This document shows positions 42,019 through 54,322 of a DNA stretch of 64,000 nt, piece by piece. The notes below the pieces were generated by a model. The model searched no databases, had not been told where the DNA came from, and saw nothing but the letters and a program-made list of their open reading frames with translations. The number at the start of each line of letters is the position of its first letter. Position 1 is the stretch's first letter. A program made the position numbers and the translations under genes. Location of the stretch: NCBI GenBank assembly GCA_965644315.1, contig CBFFRQ010000013.1, positions 124,001-188,000 of the forward strand. The letters run 5' to 3'. The DNA is from Caecitellus pseudoparvulus (Eukaryota > Protista > Bigyra: Bicosoecida).

Positions 42019-43056
42019 ATGGCAACGGCAGCGTCCACCACGCCGGACTTTGTGCGCACACCCAACAGTGTTGGCAGCACCCTGGACGTGCAGCCATACA
42101 TTGACTCCATTAAGTCGGGCTCTACGCTTCCTGATGTGACAGCTGACCCGTCCTTGGTCATCGCCCAACTGGCACGCAAGGTGGTTCACCTGGAGCAGCA
42201 CGTCTCTGCGCTTCAAGCCAAAGTGGCCTCCCTGACCAGCTCAGCTGCCGCATCCACACAGCTCCATGAGGAAGCGAGTCGTCTGCGCCACACGCTTGAT
42301 GCGCACCGCGCCGCCTTGACCCAGGAGCGCACAGCCCCGCCGCCAAGGCACATGGAAAGCACCTTCACCATGCAGGCCTTGCGAGAGTGGGAGCAAGACC
42401 ACCCCACGCCACACCCAACGCCAGGACAAGGATGTGCCCTGCCACCCTGGGTGCACGACCTTCAAGCTGCGGCTGCCACACAGCGCAGCCGCATCGCGGA
42501 ATTGGAGCTGCGCGTGGCTCTGGCAGAGGCGAGCAGCCCAACTGCCTTGGCAGTGGCCCCAGCCCCCGGCAGCGCCACATGGGACGTCATCCCATACGCC
42601 TGGCGTGTAGCAGCGGCTGCCAGTGCGGGAGTCAAGAACGCAGGGGACACGGCGCCCCCGGTACCCGCCGCATCCACCGCCCTGCTCTCCGGCCGGACTG
42701 GCTGGGGCAGTGCAGCTGTAACCCCGACTCCACGGCTGCAGCGAGCAGAGACAGCAGCGCAGCAGGCTCGTGACGTCGCGTACCGAGCTGCCATGAGCGC
42801 GAGCCACCATTCCCTGCCCTCCCAAGCACCCTACCAAGCGGTCTTGCGCCGCCAGTCGCACTGGGCACGGGGAGGTGACACCCACCACTTCATGCACCGC
42901 AGCAGCGCCTGGCAGTCAAAGGCGGATGAACTATGGGAGCCCCATGCTGGCTCTCCCAGTCGTACTCGCCATGCAGGCGGCGTGCCCCAGTTCGCGGGGA
43001 GGGGTGTGCTGACGCAGCCGGAGGCGGGGTCGGCCAGCTGCCCGCCCAGCACTTGA
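42019..43056 (+). CDS. Hypothetical protein with short coiled coils
   Basis: 345-codon ORF from ATG 42019; heptads LARKVVHLEQHVSALQAKV and QRSRIAELELRV. Confidence 0.55.
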   Translation: MATAASTTPDFVRTPNSVGSTLDVQPYIDSIKSGSTLPDVTADPSLVIAQLARKVVHLEQHVSALQAKVASLTSSAAASTQLHEEASRLRHTLDAHRAALTQERTAPPPRHMESTFTMQALREWEQDHPTPHPTPGQGCALPPWVHDLQAAAATQRSRIAELELRVALAEASSPTALAVAPAPGSATWDVIPYAWRVAAAASAGVKNAGDTAPPVPAASTALLSGRTGWGSAAVTPTPRLQRAETAAQQARDVAYRAAMSASHHSLPSQAPYQAVLRRQSHWARGGDTHHFMHRSSAWQSKADELWEPHAGSPSRTRHAGGVPQFAGRGVLTQPEAGSASCPPST

Positions 43057-43161
43057 TCGTGCTGAGCCATAATTCTTCAGCCTACCTTTCCACCTTGCGC
43101 GGCTGGCCCTGCTGATCCCAGCTGCGGCCCGGCGCAGGTCAATGTGGGCGGAAGGCTGGCA

Positions 43162-46137
43162 ATGGCGGCTGAGCAGGCGCGCCCTGGCGCTGAGTTCAGC
43201 TTCCCCTTCTCTGCGTACTCTGTGCAGGTAGAGTTTATGCAGCAGTTGACGCAGGTGTTGGATGAAGGCAAGGTGGGCATTTTTGAGAGCCCCACCGGCA
43301 CGGTGCGTATGCGCTGAGCTTCCTATAAGCGCGTGCCCAATGCATGCAAATGGCCTGCTGGACTCAGGGCAAGACGATGAGCTTGATATGTGGTCTCATG
43401 ACGTGGTTGCGACAGTTCAACGCCACATTCCATGAAGCCAGCGACGTCCCGTCCACTGCAGAGGGAGTTGAGGCGGCAACAGCAGAGGCTGCAGGTGCGC
43501 GTTTCGGGCGTAACGCCAAGTCCCTCCCTCCGCCATGTGACGCTGACCCCATGCGCAGACGAACCCTCATGGCTGTCGTCCTTTTCCGTTCACACGAGTG
43601 CATCTATGCTGGCCCAACGCAAGGCAGTTTGGGCCAAGTCCCGCCAACGCTTCCTCAAGCGCCTTGCCAGGCTGTCTGCGCGAGCCAACCTGGCAGCTCT
43701 CACGGCCAGCCGCAGTGAAGCTGCCGTGTCCAGTGTCTCAGGCATTGGGGGGGGCAAGCGGGGCCGCTCGGTTCCCAAGAGCCTCACGGCAAGCCCCGCT
43801 GGCCAGCCTGACTTCACACTGTGGGATGCTGAGCCCAAGGAGGCAGCTGGGCCAGCGGCCGACGCAGGATTGAAGGCACGATTGGTGGCAGATGCGCTGC
43901 GCGCTGAGAGGTCTGACTCTGACGGCTCAGCAGATGCAGCTCCCACCCCTGGCCCTGCGCTGCCTGGTGCCTACCGCCCTGTGCAGATCGTCTTTGCCTC
44001 CCGCACACACTCCCAACTGAGTCAGTTTGTCGCTGAGCTGCGGGCGACAAAGTGGGGTGCCGACGCCAGAGTGGTTATGCTGGGCGGCCGCCGGCATCTG
44101 TGCTGCTATGCCCCCGTGCGCAGTCTCGGCAGCGACGTGGAGATGACTGAGGCGTGTCTTCGCCTTCGGGACGCTGGGCGCCGCAGCACGGCACGGCAAG
44201 CGGTCATGGCCAAGCGCAAGCACATCCCCCTCACCAGCGCCCCCGGCGAGGCTGGTCTGTCAGCCGAGGAGACAGCCCTGCGCCTGGGTTCGGCTGTGGA
44301 TGCGGCTGGGAGGGAGGTCTCAGCCTCCTCCGCCCTCGCAGCAGCGGCCATGCGTGGCGCGGCCCTCACCGGCAGCCGGTGCCCCGCCAATGTACCGGAA
44401 GGCATTGAGCTCATGCGCAACCACCTGCTGAGCAGGCCCCTGGACATTGAAGAGGCTGCGGCAGGGGGCATGGAGGCAGGGGTGTGTGCGTACTACGCCG
44501 CACGCAAAGCCCTGCCACTGGCTGAGGTTGTGGCGCTGCCCTACAACCTCCTCCTCTCCGCACCCTCCCGACAAGCCCTGGGACTGGACCTCACAGACAG
44601 CGTCGTCGTCATCGACGAAGCTCACAACATCATTAACAGCGTCATTGACGTGCACAGTGTGACGCTGCCTCACAGCACCCTGCAGGCTGCAAGTGGGCAG
44701 CTGGAGGCGTACCTTGCCAAGTATCGTACTCGGCTGGCAGCGCGTAACCGCCAGCAGTGCACACTGCTCCTGAAACTCGCCAAGGGCTTGGACAAGGCCA
44801 TGCACAGCATGCAGCAGCAGGGTTCCCCCCTGCCTCCCGGCCTCTCTGCCCAGCGTGCTGGCCCCAACAAGTACCTGCAGGGAAGTGTCAGCGCCTTCGT
44901 GGCTTGGGCCGGCGTGGAGGAGGTCAACGCACATGCCTTGCTGCGGTGGACCCGTGAGTCTGGCGTCTGCAACAAGCTGCGGGGCTTCACGGAAGCAGCG
45001 GCTGCCGCAGCTGGCGACCGCCCCGCCTCCGCCACTGCCTCCCAGCGCCTGGTGTCCTTGCTTGAGGCGTGGGCTGCGTCAGACCAGAACGGCTCCATGT
45101 TCCTGGTGCAGCCAGGGCAGGGCGAGGCGTACCTGCGGTACACTCTGCTGAATGCTGCGGCGCCCATGGCGGGGATCTTACGGGAGGCCCGCTCTGTGGT
45201 GATGGCAGGCGGCACCATGAAGCCGGTGGAGGAGGTGGTGGCGGCGCTGCTGCCTTCCGTGCCCCGCGACCGCCTTGTGACGTTCTCTTGCGGCCACGTC
45301 ATCCCGCCTTCGGCCTTGACAGTGGCCACCCTTCCGCGGGGCCCCCGTGGCATCTCCCTCAACTTCACCCATGCCCGCCGCCGCAATGGAGACATGCTGG
45401 TCGACTTCGGCGCAGCGATCGTGAACGCTGCACGGGCGCTGCCCGGCGGCCTGGCGCTCTTCGTGCCTTCCTATGACTTTATTGACTTGCTCCTGGGCCC
45501 AGATGGTGCGTGGGGCAGCGCCGGTGCTGTGCAGGCTGACGCCGCCGGGGGCGAGGGTGTGCCTGGAGCGCTGGCGGCGGGGCCACCTGGCAGCATCTTG
45601 GCACGCCTGCAGGCCAGCAAGGCGGTGTTCCTGGAACGTCGTGGTGGAGCCACGCGTGAAGGAGGTGCCAGCCCCTCCCTGTGGGCATCGTATGCAGCCT
45701 GCATCGCCTCTGGTCGTGGCGCCGTGCTGGTGTGTGTCATGGGCGGCAAGCTGAGCGAAGGCATCAACTTCAAGGATGACTTGGCCCGGACAGTGGTGGT
45801 GGCGGGCCTGCCGTATGCGACGCCCCACGACCCGGAGTTGGTGGCGCGCATGGCCTTCTTCGATGCATTGCGCCCGGGGGGCGGGCGGGAGTACTATGAG
45901 AACCTGTGCATGAAGGCTGTGAACCAGAGCATCGGGCGTGTCATCCGACATGCCGGCGACCACGGCGTCGTCCTGCTGGCCGACGAGCGCTACAACAAGC
46001 CAGCGGTGCAGGCTCGGCTGCCAGAGTGGATCCAGCCCCGCTCCCACACCTGCCACAGCTTCGGGGAGGCATTCAAGACTGTCGTCAGCGCGTCACGGGG
46101 CGCCACCTCAACGAGCGGGGGGGGGCAGCAGGGGTAG
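43162..46137 (+). CDS. DDX11: ATP-dependent Fe-S DNA helicase DDX11/CHL1; introns 43303-43367 and 43495-43558
   Basis: FPFSAYSVQVEFM; FESPTGT|GKTMSLIC; DEPSW; ASRTHSQLSQFV; DEAHN; GGTMKP; CGHVIP; GGKLSEGINF.DDL; AVNQSIGR.IRH. Confidence 0.95.
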
Positions 46138-46674
46138 GGACTTGTGCGACGTGGCCAGCATCATGAGCCCGCCACACAGCAGGCCGAAGGCGCCACACCG
46201 GGATGCAGCCATGCGCAGGGAGGCTGGCGCTGCCACCTCCGGCAGGGTGCCCCGCCACAGGCCAGCCGTCCGGGCGCCGTGCAGCGCAGCCGCTGCCGAA
46301 GCGCCGCCTGCCGCCGCGCCCAGCCCGTTGCCGAGCAATGACTCTTTGGGGCCAAGTGCAACTTGTACAGCTGCGTTGGGGACTGTGAATGCCAGGACTC
46401 CGGACAGTGCCAGGCCTGTTGTGGAGGAGGCTGAAGACAGCACTGCCCAACCCAGCCTTGAGCCAGCCGCACCAAGTTTGCCCCGGACGGCGCCGTCCAA
46501 AGCGAGGAATCCATTGATACCCATGCCCATGAGGATGGTGTGCATGGCAGCATTCGCCACAGTGGCTGTGCACGCCCTCGCGTGGTCGGCGGTGGAGGTG
46601 GGCTGCCACATGGAGCCAGCCTGGTGTTTCGTGCGAAACTCCGCAAGCACTGTGTTCACCTCGCACAGCGAGTC
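46108..46674 (-). CDS. Small Gly/Ala-rich membrane protein, possibly Tim17/Tim22/Tim23 family; 5' exon(s) unresolved
   Basis: About four Gly-zipper hydrophobic segments (MGMGINGFLAL, GLALSGVLAF, GNGLGAAAGGA, GAFGLLCGG); possible intron 46722-46675. Confidence 0.4.
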   Translation of the reverse strand, partial: DSLCEVNTVLAEFRTKHQAGSMWQPTSTADHARACTATVANAAMHTILMGMGINGFLALDGAVRGKLGAAGSRLGWAVLSSASSTTGLALSGVLAFTVPNAAVQVALGPKESLLGNGLGAAAGGASAAAALHGARTAGLWRGTLPEVAAPASLRMAASRCGAFGLLCGGLMMLATSHKSLPLLPPPAR

Positions 46675-47076
46675 CTGATGCTAACGCACCCTCTTGCAGT
46701 TCTCAGGAAGTGTGCAACTTACTTCCCAACCTGCGGGGTGCCTCTGCCACCGCCGCTGGAGTTTCTCCTCCTGCTGCGAATGTGCGAGCTTCCACCGCCA
46801 CCCACAGGCTGATGTTGGGGGCAGCGAAGGCGCTTGCGAGGCCCCGCCCCACCCCCGGCCACGCAGCACTACCACCACGACACAAAAGTGAAACCGCTCA
46901 CATGGCTCGCACGTGCATGGATGAACGTTGAACGCCGCCCCTGCGCCGCGCAGCTCACGGCAGTTTTCGCACGCAGCTGCCGAATCCTTGTCGGGCGCAT
47001 TGCGGCTTTTGTGAGGAGCTGCCGCAGCAAGGGGTTCAGGACTGCTCCATCCCCCCCCAGGGTCAGACCCGGGAGC

Positions 47077-50024
47077 ATGGCAGCCCAGGAGGAGGAGGGG
47101 GATGCCACCCTCTTTGGACTGTGCGACCTGGACACCGGGGACACCTTCGACATTGGCAGCCTCAGCGAGTGCGTGGTGCTGTGCCGCACGCGGCATTCGC
47201 CAACGCAGGCTCGAGCCCTCGCAGCCCGTCGGCTCCTCGCGACACGTCACGCGCCACCACCTCTACACGCTGAACTTGTGCAGAACTGCGGGAGGGGTCC
47301 TTCAGCACATTCTTTACGACGAGGAGGACCGTGCCGCGCTGGAGCAGCTCCAATCACCATCGCCCGCAGCAGAAGCTGGCCTGCATCAGGCGAGCCTGGT
47401 GTCCCCAGAAACCAAGTTCGGCAAGCCACTGCTCCGAGCAGGCGAACCTCTGAAAGTGTTCATTCATGACAATGTCAACGTGCTGGACAAGGCTGGCACG
47501 CGGTACACCACGTTCGCCATCGTGGTGGCACGGGCCTTCCCCCCAGCCCGGCAGTGGGTTGTGTACAGGTAAGCACAGCAGCCGCCCACGCCTCCCTGCC
47601 AAACCACATGATTCGGAATGAGGGGGGGGTGCTGTCGGTGCGGGGCCGCGCTCCGCTGCCTCGTGCGCATGGTGCACCTTGAGCACGCTGGCGGCTCCCC
47701 GAAGTTTCAGAGGCGGCTCCCTTTCACGACGGCCAACCTGCGCCCTCTGCTCCTTTGCGCAGGCGCTACCGGCACTTCCGGAAGCTGCATGATACCCTTG
47801 TGGCGCTTGACTTTCATCTGCCTTCGTTCCCTCCTCGGTGCGTGACCACTGTGGCTGTTCGCTGGCTGGCGAGAGTCGCCCAGCGACCGTGCAGGCTTCA
47901 AAGCACGGCCCTCCAGGCCCAGGTCCCCCGTAGCCTGGTCAGGAGGTCTGTGTGGCAGTATATGCAGGAAGCATGCTTTTTGTGCAGTTGTGCACTGCCT
48001 GGGGACGTACTTCCGCTTGGCTGCTCGCCTGCACTGGACGTGTAGCGCGCAGGCGTGCACGGGACTGGGCACGCTTCCGCCCTCCTCCTCCACGATGTGC
48101 AGGCGAATGCTGGGCAACTTCGGAACACAGTTCCTTGCCAGCCGACAAGCCGCCCTGTCTACTTGGCTGCAAGCTGTCGTCTGTTCCCCTGGACAAGAAG
48201 CCTTCAACGTGCCGGAGTTTGTCGCATTCATCACGGACCACGCCAACACGCTGCCCGGCCCGGTGACTGGGAAAGCCCTGAACCTGCCCGCGTCTGCCCA
48301 GGATGGCGCAGCTTCAGAGAGCGAGGACTCTGGGCGTTCAAAGGATTCAGGATCGCCACAGGAAACCGATGCCGCGTCTTCTCCGCCCTCCGCACCAGCG
48401 TTGACGTCGCTGGGCTCCTCATCCACCATGGGCGGGCACCGTTCCAGCTCCTCCATCACCGGCAGCAAGGTCCGAGTGGAAGACTTTAAGCTGCTGAAAG
48501 TCATTGGCAAAGGTAGCTTTGGCAAGGTGCTGCTTGTCAGGCAGATTCAGACGGGGAAGGTCATGGCTATGAAGGTGCTGAGCAAGGCGAACATCGTCAA
48601 GCGGCGCCAAGTGGAGCATACACGCACAGAGCGCAAAGTGCTCAGCTACACTCGCCACCCCTTCATTGTGACGCTGCACTACGCCTTCCAGACAAAGGAC
48701 CAGCTGTACTTCGTCTTGGACTACTGTGGAGGGGGCGAGCTCTTCTTGTGCGTAAGCAGCGCCGCTGTCTATCACCCTTGCCGCTTGTGCACGCGCGCGC
48801 GCCCCCCCGCTTGCCTCCCTCTGCAGCCACTTGGGCAAGGCCGGCAGGTTCAAGGAGAGTGTAGCAAGGTTCTTCTGTGCCGAGCTAGTGCTGGCGCTGG
48901 GCCACTTGCACCGCAGGAAGGTCGTGTACCGTGACTTGAAGCCTGAGAACATCTTGCTGGACGCAGAGGGGCACCTGAAGCTAGCGGACTTTGGCCTCAG
49001 CAAAGAAGGCATCCAGTCTGCTGCGGAAGGCACCAAGAGCTTCTGCGGCACGCCAGAGTACTTGGCACCAGAAATCTTGGACAGGCGCGGACATGGCACG
49101 GCGGTGGACTGGTGGAGCCTGGGCATGCTGCTGTACGAGATGCTGACAGGCTTGCCACCTTGGTACACCCGTGACCGTAAGAAGTTGTACAGTCGCCTGC
49201 GCAGCGCTCCGCTGGAGTTCCCCCCCTACGTTTCTTCCTGCGCGCGAGACATTCTCAGCGGTTTGCTGACGCGCGACCCCACCACGCGACTGGGAGCGCA
49301 GGGCGACGCCAAGGAAATCATGCAACACCCGTTCTTTGCAGAGGTGGATTGGCCTCTGCTGCGTGCCCGAAGGGTGCAGCCTCCCTTTGTGCCCCGCCTA
49401 AAGGCAGGGGACACGGATACCCGGTACTTTGACAAGGAGTTCACGGCTCTCAGGCCTGACCTGGACATGTCGGACAAGGACAACGTCGCTGACAAGCGCC
49501 CCATCGACGAGCGCACATCGAGTTTCACAGCCATGTTCAGTGGATTCACGTTTGACTCCTCCACAGACGCTGCTGCCCTGATGAAGGCAGGCGGCGCCGC
49601 GAGTCTGTCCATGAGCTCCCCAATGGAAGCAGCCGCCATGCACGCAATTGGCGCGGCGCACGCCTCGACAGGTGACCGGGCCTCCCCAGTGCACAGAGGC
49701 CACCCTGCATCTCCTTCCTCCCTGCACGCTCCAGTCATTGCGACGGGTGGTATCGCTATGCGGCAGGCGGGTGACGCTGCGGCCCCTGAACGAGGGGCAG
49801 TGCGAACGCCGACGCGCCCCATGTCTCTGCGTGGCCAAGACAGCATGCACAAGGTGATGGGGGAGGCCACTGGCTTGGAGCATGCAGACGCGGCTGAGGC
49901 TCGCGATGCATCGTTCGGGGGGCCTGGGTTTCACCACCTGGGAGGTGGGGAAGACAGCTTTGACGAAGGGGGTGGCCTGGAATTTGTCGGTGGCAGCAGG
50001 CCGGCACAAGCAGGTGCCGTGTAG
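47077..50024 (+). CDS. PX-domain AGC Ser/Thr kinase (SGK3/Akt-like); introns 47169-47283, 47569-47762, 47838-48102, 48748-48826
   Basis: PX: WVVYR|RYRHFRKLH...PSFPP...RQAAL. Kinase: IGKGSFGKV, YRDLKPEN, DFG, SFCGTPEY. Hydrophobic motif FSGFTF. Confidence 0.93.
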
Positions 50025-50048
50025 AAAAGAGCTGTTTGGAATTCATGG

Positions 50049-52826
50049 TCACAGTCGCCTCTGCCTGCCCAGCACGCGGTGGCGTGCAGTGGTAGCGGCT
50101 CGGTGCACATGCACCGCAGAGCGGACGGCTGGTTGAGGATGCGGGATTGACGAGCCTGACGTGCAGCGAGGGGTGCCCGCCTCTGGTGCGAAAATCGACT
50201 CCAGCGACAACTCATCCTTTACCTGTTGGCGGGTGCCAGCCCCAGCCCCATGAGCAACTGAAATGCGGGGAGACGATGCCCGCTCGTGTGCACTTGGCTG
50301 GACCTGCGCAGCTGGCAGCCACTGAAGCTTGGCTTGACCACCCCGGGGGGCCGAAAAGTGGAGCCGCCGAGAACGCAGGTCTCGCTCAGATAGGCCCTCG
50401 GGATTGTTGCTGATGCTGCTCAAACTTTCAAAAGACTCGTCAAGGCCTCCTTGGAGTGTGTCCTGCGCTGAGGCCGGCGAAGCATCAGCCAGTTGAAGTT
50501 GACTTGGAGAGAGGTGGTGGCGTCCCACAGGCGTGAAGCCCTGGCTGAGACACTTGAACAAGCAGTCTACAGCCTCGCTGGGAATGATGCCTCTGGGCGC
50601 GCAAACTGCGGCTTGGACAGTCTCCCTGCAACACTTGAACAGCTCGTGCAGGGGCCAAAGCGACAAGAGTACTTGGGCGGACATAGCATTCACCCCTGGC
50701 AGAGCCGCAAGCAGTTCTTCGTGTGGTGTCGACTCTATGGAGACCCAGGATCTGCGCACAGGGGGGGTGGAGCAACATAGGCGAGCTGAGGGGAGAGGCT
50801 CCGTTTCAACGCCTTCTCACCTCTGACGCCAGTCACTCTCAGGCATCGCTCCATGGGTCACATCGGCAGCTGCTTGAGCCGCCCAAGCTGCGGCAAAATG
50901 GACTAATGAAGCTGCAGCGTGCTGCGATGGCGCAACTCTTACATGCACGCTTCGTGGCATGGCAGTGAGGGCAACGCCGAGCTTTGACGCAGCCGCAAGC
51001 TCCTCATCCCCTGGCTCAGACCCTTCAAACAAAAGCAAAACCCAAAGGCTTGCCAGACCAGAAGCGCCCAATGCACGCTCTGCACTTTGAATGATGCTGC
51101 GAGCATCCAACTGTGCGTCTTGGACGCGCACGAGCTGGACCCCGTTTGCCTCATCCAGGAGCACATCAACGTGACTTGGAAGCGTGCGCTCCACGAGCAA
51201 AAAGCCGTGTCGCTCCAAGCTGGTGCAGAAGGTGAGGTGGTTGAGAGTGTGCTCTGAGACGATGATGGGCGTCCCTGTTGGTACGGGAGGGGCAGGCGCA
51301 GGGCAAGAGGAATCTTGTGCGCGGCTTGAGACTGAAGCAGGCCCAGTTGCATCTGCGCGCGCAGTCTCCACAGTGTGCTCCCCGCCGAGCACGTGTGTGA
51401 CCTTCATTCCTTCCCGTGGTGGCGGTGTGCCGGCCCCCCTCTCGATTGTGCAGGCTGCGAACGTCCCGGGCAGCTCCGCTCGTGTGGGGCTTGCGATGCA
51501 GACAGTCTCCAAATGAGCACGACACATGTGGGACACCTGGCCCCGCAGCACACGCATTTGCCTTGATACGTCCAGAGTTGATGCAAGCACGTCCGCCCCA
51601 AGGGTGGCCGCGGGGTGTTGTTCTTTGCACATGGACACCTGCGTTTGTGGAAGGGGGGGGAGTGGTAGGCACTGCCGCTGCCTTGGGAGCAGCGATCTCC
51701 AAGCACGACCCATCACAATGTCATCAAATGCTGGGAGTCTGGCTTCCCCCAGGGCTGCTGCGGCGCTGTCCATGATGCACGCCCCCAACACAGCCTGGCA
51801 TCTAGCAGCGCTTTGCAGCGAAGGAACAGCCCGCGCCTCGCAATCAACGTGGCCATTAGCTTTCGTCAAGCTCACAGGCTTCAATCGAGGGATTCTCCAG
51901 TGTCTTTGGATGGTTTCCACACACACAGTCAGCAGTGGGAAGCAAGCGAGCCCGAGAGGCGCCCTGCCCGTAGGGACGTCAATGGGTGTGTGGCGGCGGG
52001 CTGCGGCAAGGCCAAACAGCGGCAAGAGTGTCACATGGGGCATGGGACGAGGAAGCAAAAAGGAACAGTCCAGCGGCTTTCCCCCCAACTGATCTAGAGT
52101 GGCCACACCGCTGGCTGGCATGTGCACGGTGGGAAACTTGTCCGGAGCATCAGCAAGGCTTCGGCAGCGGCCCGGCACGCCCAGGGACGAAAGCGAAAAT
52201 GGAGCTTCAGGGAACAGACCAACAAGCGGAGTATCTGGAAGGTTTGGGTGCACCAGCTCGCTTTCCTTCGGAGCGAAGGGCTCCCTGGCGTTCGTGCGCG
52301 GCAGGGAGAATGCAGCACCTGCGCCACCTTGCACCAGCTGCAAAACGTGCACCTTGACCCACGCTCCACCGACAGGGACCCTGCACATCCACGTTGGCCG
52401 CTCAAGATTAACGCTTGGAAGGTTTGGGAACGCTCTGAGAGCTGTGTTGCGCAGCGGGGGTGTCGGCGTGGTGGGCAACGCCAGTGGCAGCATGGAGAGC
52501 TGCAACGCAGCAAACGCCTCGCGCCATTGCCGGCGGAGAAGTGGGCATTCACCGGTCCAGCGGGTTTGGGGCGGAAGAACTGCATCAAGTGACAAGCCTG
52601 GGTGCTTGCCTAGTACCCTTCCTGCGGCAAGCGGCGCAAGGGGGCGCACGGACAGCTCCGGCAGGTGCTGCGGGGTGCCAGCCAGCTCAAACTGCGGCCA
52701 GACTGCCGAGGCCTCCTCAAGCGCGCTAGGGCGTGCGACAACCATGTGCAAGCTGTGAAAACTAGACAATGACATTCCAGGAAACGTGTGTGCCAGGGAG
52801 GCACATGAGTGCAGCGGAATGTCCAT
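50049..52826 (-). CDS. SHOC1: SHOC1/Zip2-like meiotic XPF(ERCC4)-HhH protein; intron 50820-50752
   Basis: IIVSEHTLN...LERHGFLLVERTL...DVLLDE...LWVLL (XPF-like, lacking ERKxxxD); EELLAALPGVNAMSAQVLL (HhH). Confidence 0.65.
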
Positions 52827-52832
52827 GTTGAG

Positions 52833-53840
52833 CTACCTAGAGCCAGTGTCAGGACAGTGAGCCTGCAAGAACGTCACGATCATAGGAAGCTGCTCAGTAG
52901 CCTGGCCCTTCACTGCGACATCCACAAAGGCAGGCTGGGAATCCTGCTTGACGTAGTATGTGCGCCACTTGAGAGCTCCGGTTGTGGCGTTTCGCATCAA
53001 CTGCACGCCAGCCACGGGCATGAAGCCGTCCTCAGCACTCACAGCTGCAGCTGCAGGAGCTGGTGAGTCCGAGCGACAGGCCCGCTTGGGGGCACTGGCG
53101 TCAGTGGCCAGCTCGGGCTTGTCCAGAGGCAGCATGGCCCGCTTGACCTCATTGCTAATGCGCAGGCGCTCGACACCCTGCGCTTGCAGCTGCCGCGCAA
53201 GCTGCACTGCCTGCACTGCCACGTCTGGGTCCCAGTAGTACCCGAGCGCAGTCTCCTTGCCACCCTGCATGCGAAGGCGCACACGCCACTTGCCCGTGAC
53301 TTCGTCAAACGTCACTCCACGAGCTGGGCCACGCCGGGTGCCCCCGCCGTCAGCAGAGCTGCCAGCCCGCCGAGGACGCTTGCCACGGGAGCTGTCAGGC
53401 CTGGCCTGGACGGCTGGCGCTGGCGTCTCAAGGGTGCCTTGCGTTGTGGGGCTGCTGGAGGAGGCAGAGCTAGCAGGAACAAAGCCCCCAGACTCCGCCC
53501 CCGGGGGAGGTAGAGTGGACCACCCATTTGCCATGGATACAACAGGTCCTGGAGCAGCTGTGTGGTGAGGGGACACACATCTATCTGACCAGGTGCCGGC
53601 GGTGGAGGTTTGAGGAGCGGGCCCGAGCCCAGTGCCGCCAGTCAGGCGATTCCAGAAATGCGGATCCTTGGCTGCAGCAGCCCACATGACGTCCACATTG
53701 TGTGCACTCTCCGTCTGCGAAGGATCCGTCGGTCTGTTGCGTGAGGGGAGGAGCTGTCAGCGCGAAAGGCGCCGCGTTCCACGCACCGAGCCGCCTGCGG
53801 AATTTGCGCCGTTCGCCACTCCGAAGTCCATGGTGTTCAT
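52833..53840 (-). CDS. AP2/ERF-domain DNA-binding protein; probable intron 53786-53715
   Basis: RGVTFDEVTGKWRVRLRMQGGKETALGYY...AVQA; NLS-like GKRPRR. Confidence 0.72.
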
Positions 53841-54322
53841 TGAAGGGCGCGCGAACGACAACTAGTCGGCATCTGGTCGACATGAATAAGGATGAAGTTT
53901 GTTTTTTGTCCTTTTTGCGCGTGCGATGGGCAGCACAAGGGAAGTGCCGGGATGTGTGCTCGCCAGAGCCGATGCAGCTTCGCATCGCACAGCAGGTATG
54001 AGCCTCACAATTGAGCTGACAGGGTGTGTCCCTTCATGCATTGACTGTGCGATGCATGTGCCGCCACCCCGCCTGAGTCACTCGTGCTGCTCCTGGCGGC
54101 CACCCAGCCAGCGAAACGCAACACAAAGCTTGGCAGCAAGCAAATCCCTCGCCCCATACATGCCGTGGGAGATGTCGTTGCCCTCGAGACAAACGTAGCT
54201 GTATCTGATTGGTGTCGCACTTCAGCTGCCTCATCCTTCCTGAGGCACGTGCGCAGTCGACTTGCTGTGTGGGGCCCCCTGGCGTTACAGGCGAAACGCT
54301 ATCTTCCTCCAAATAGGTGCAA

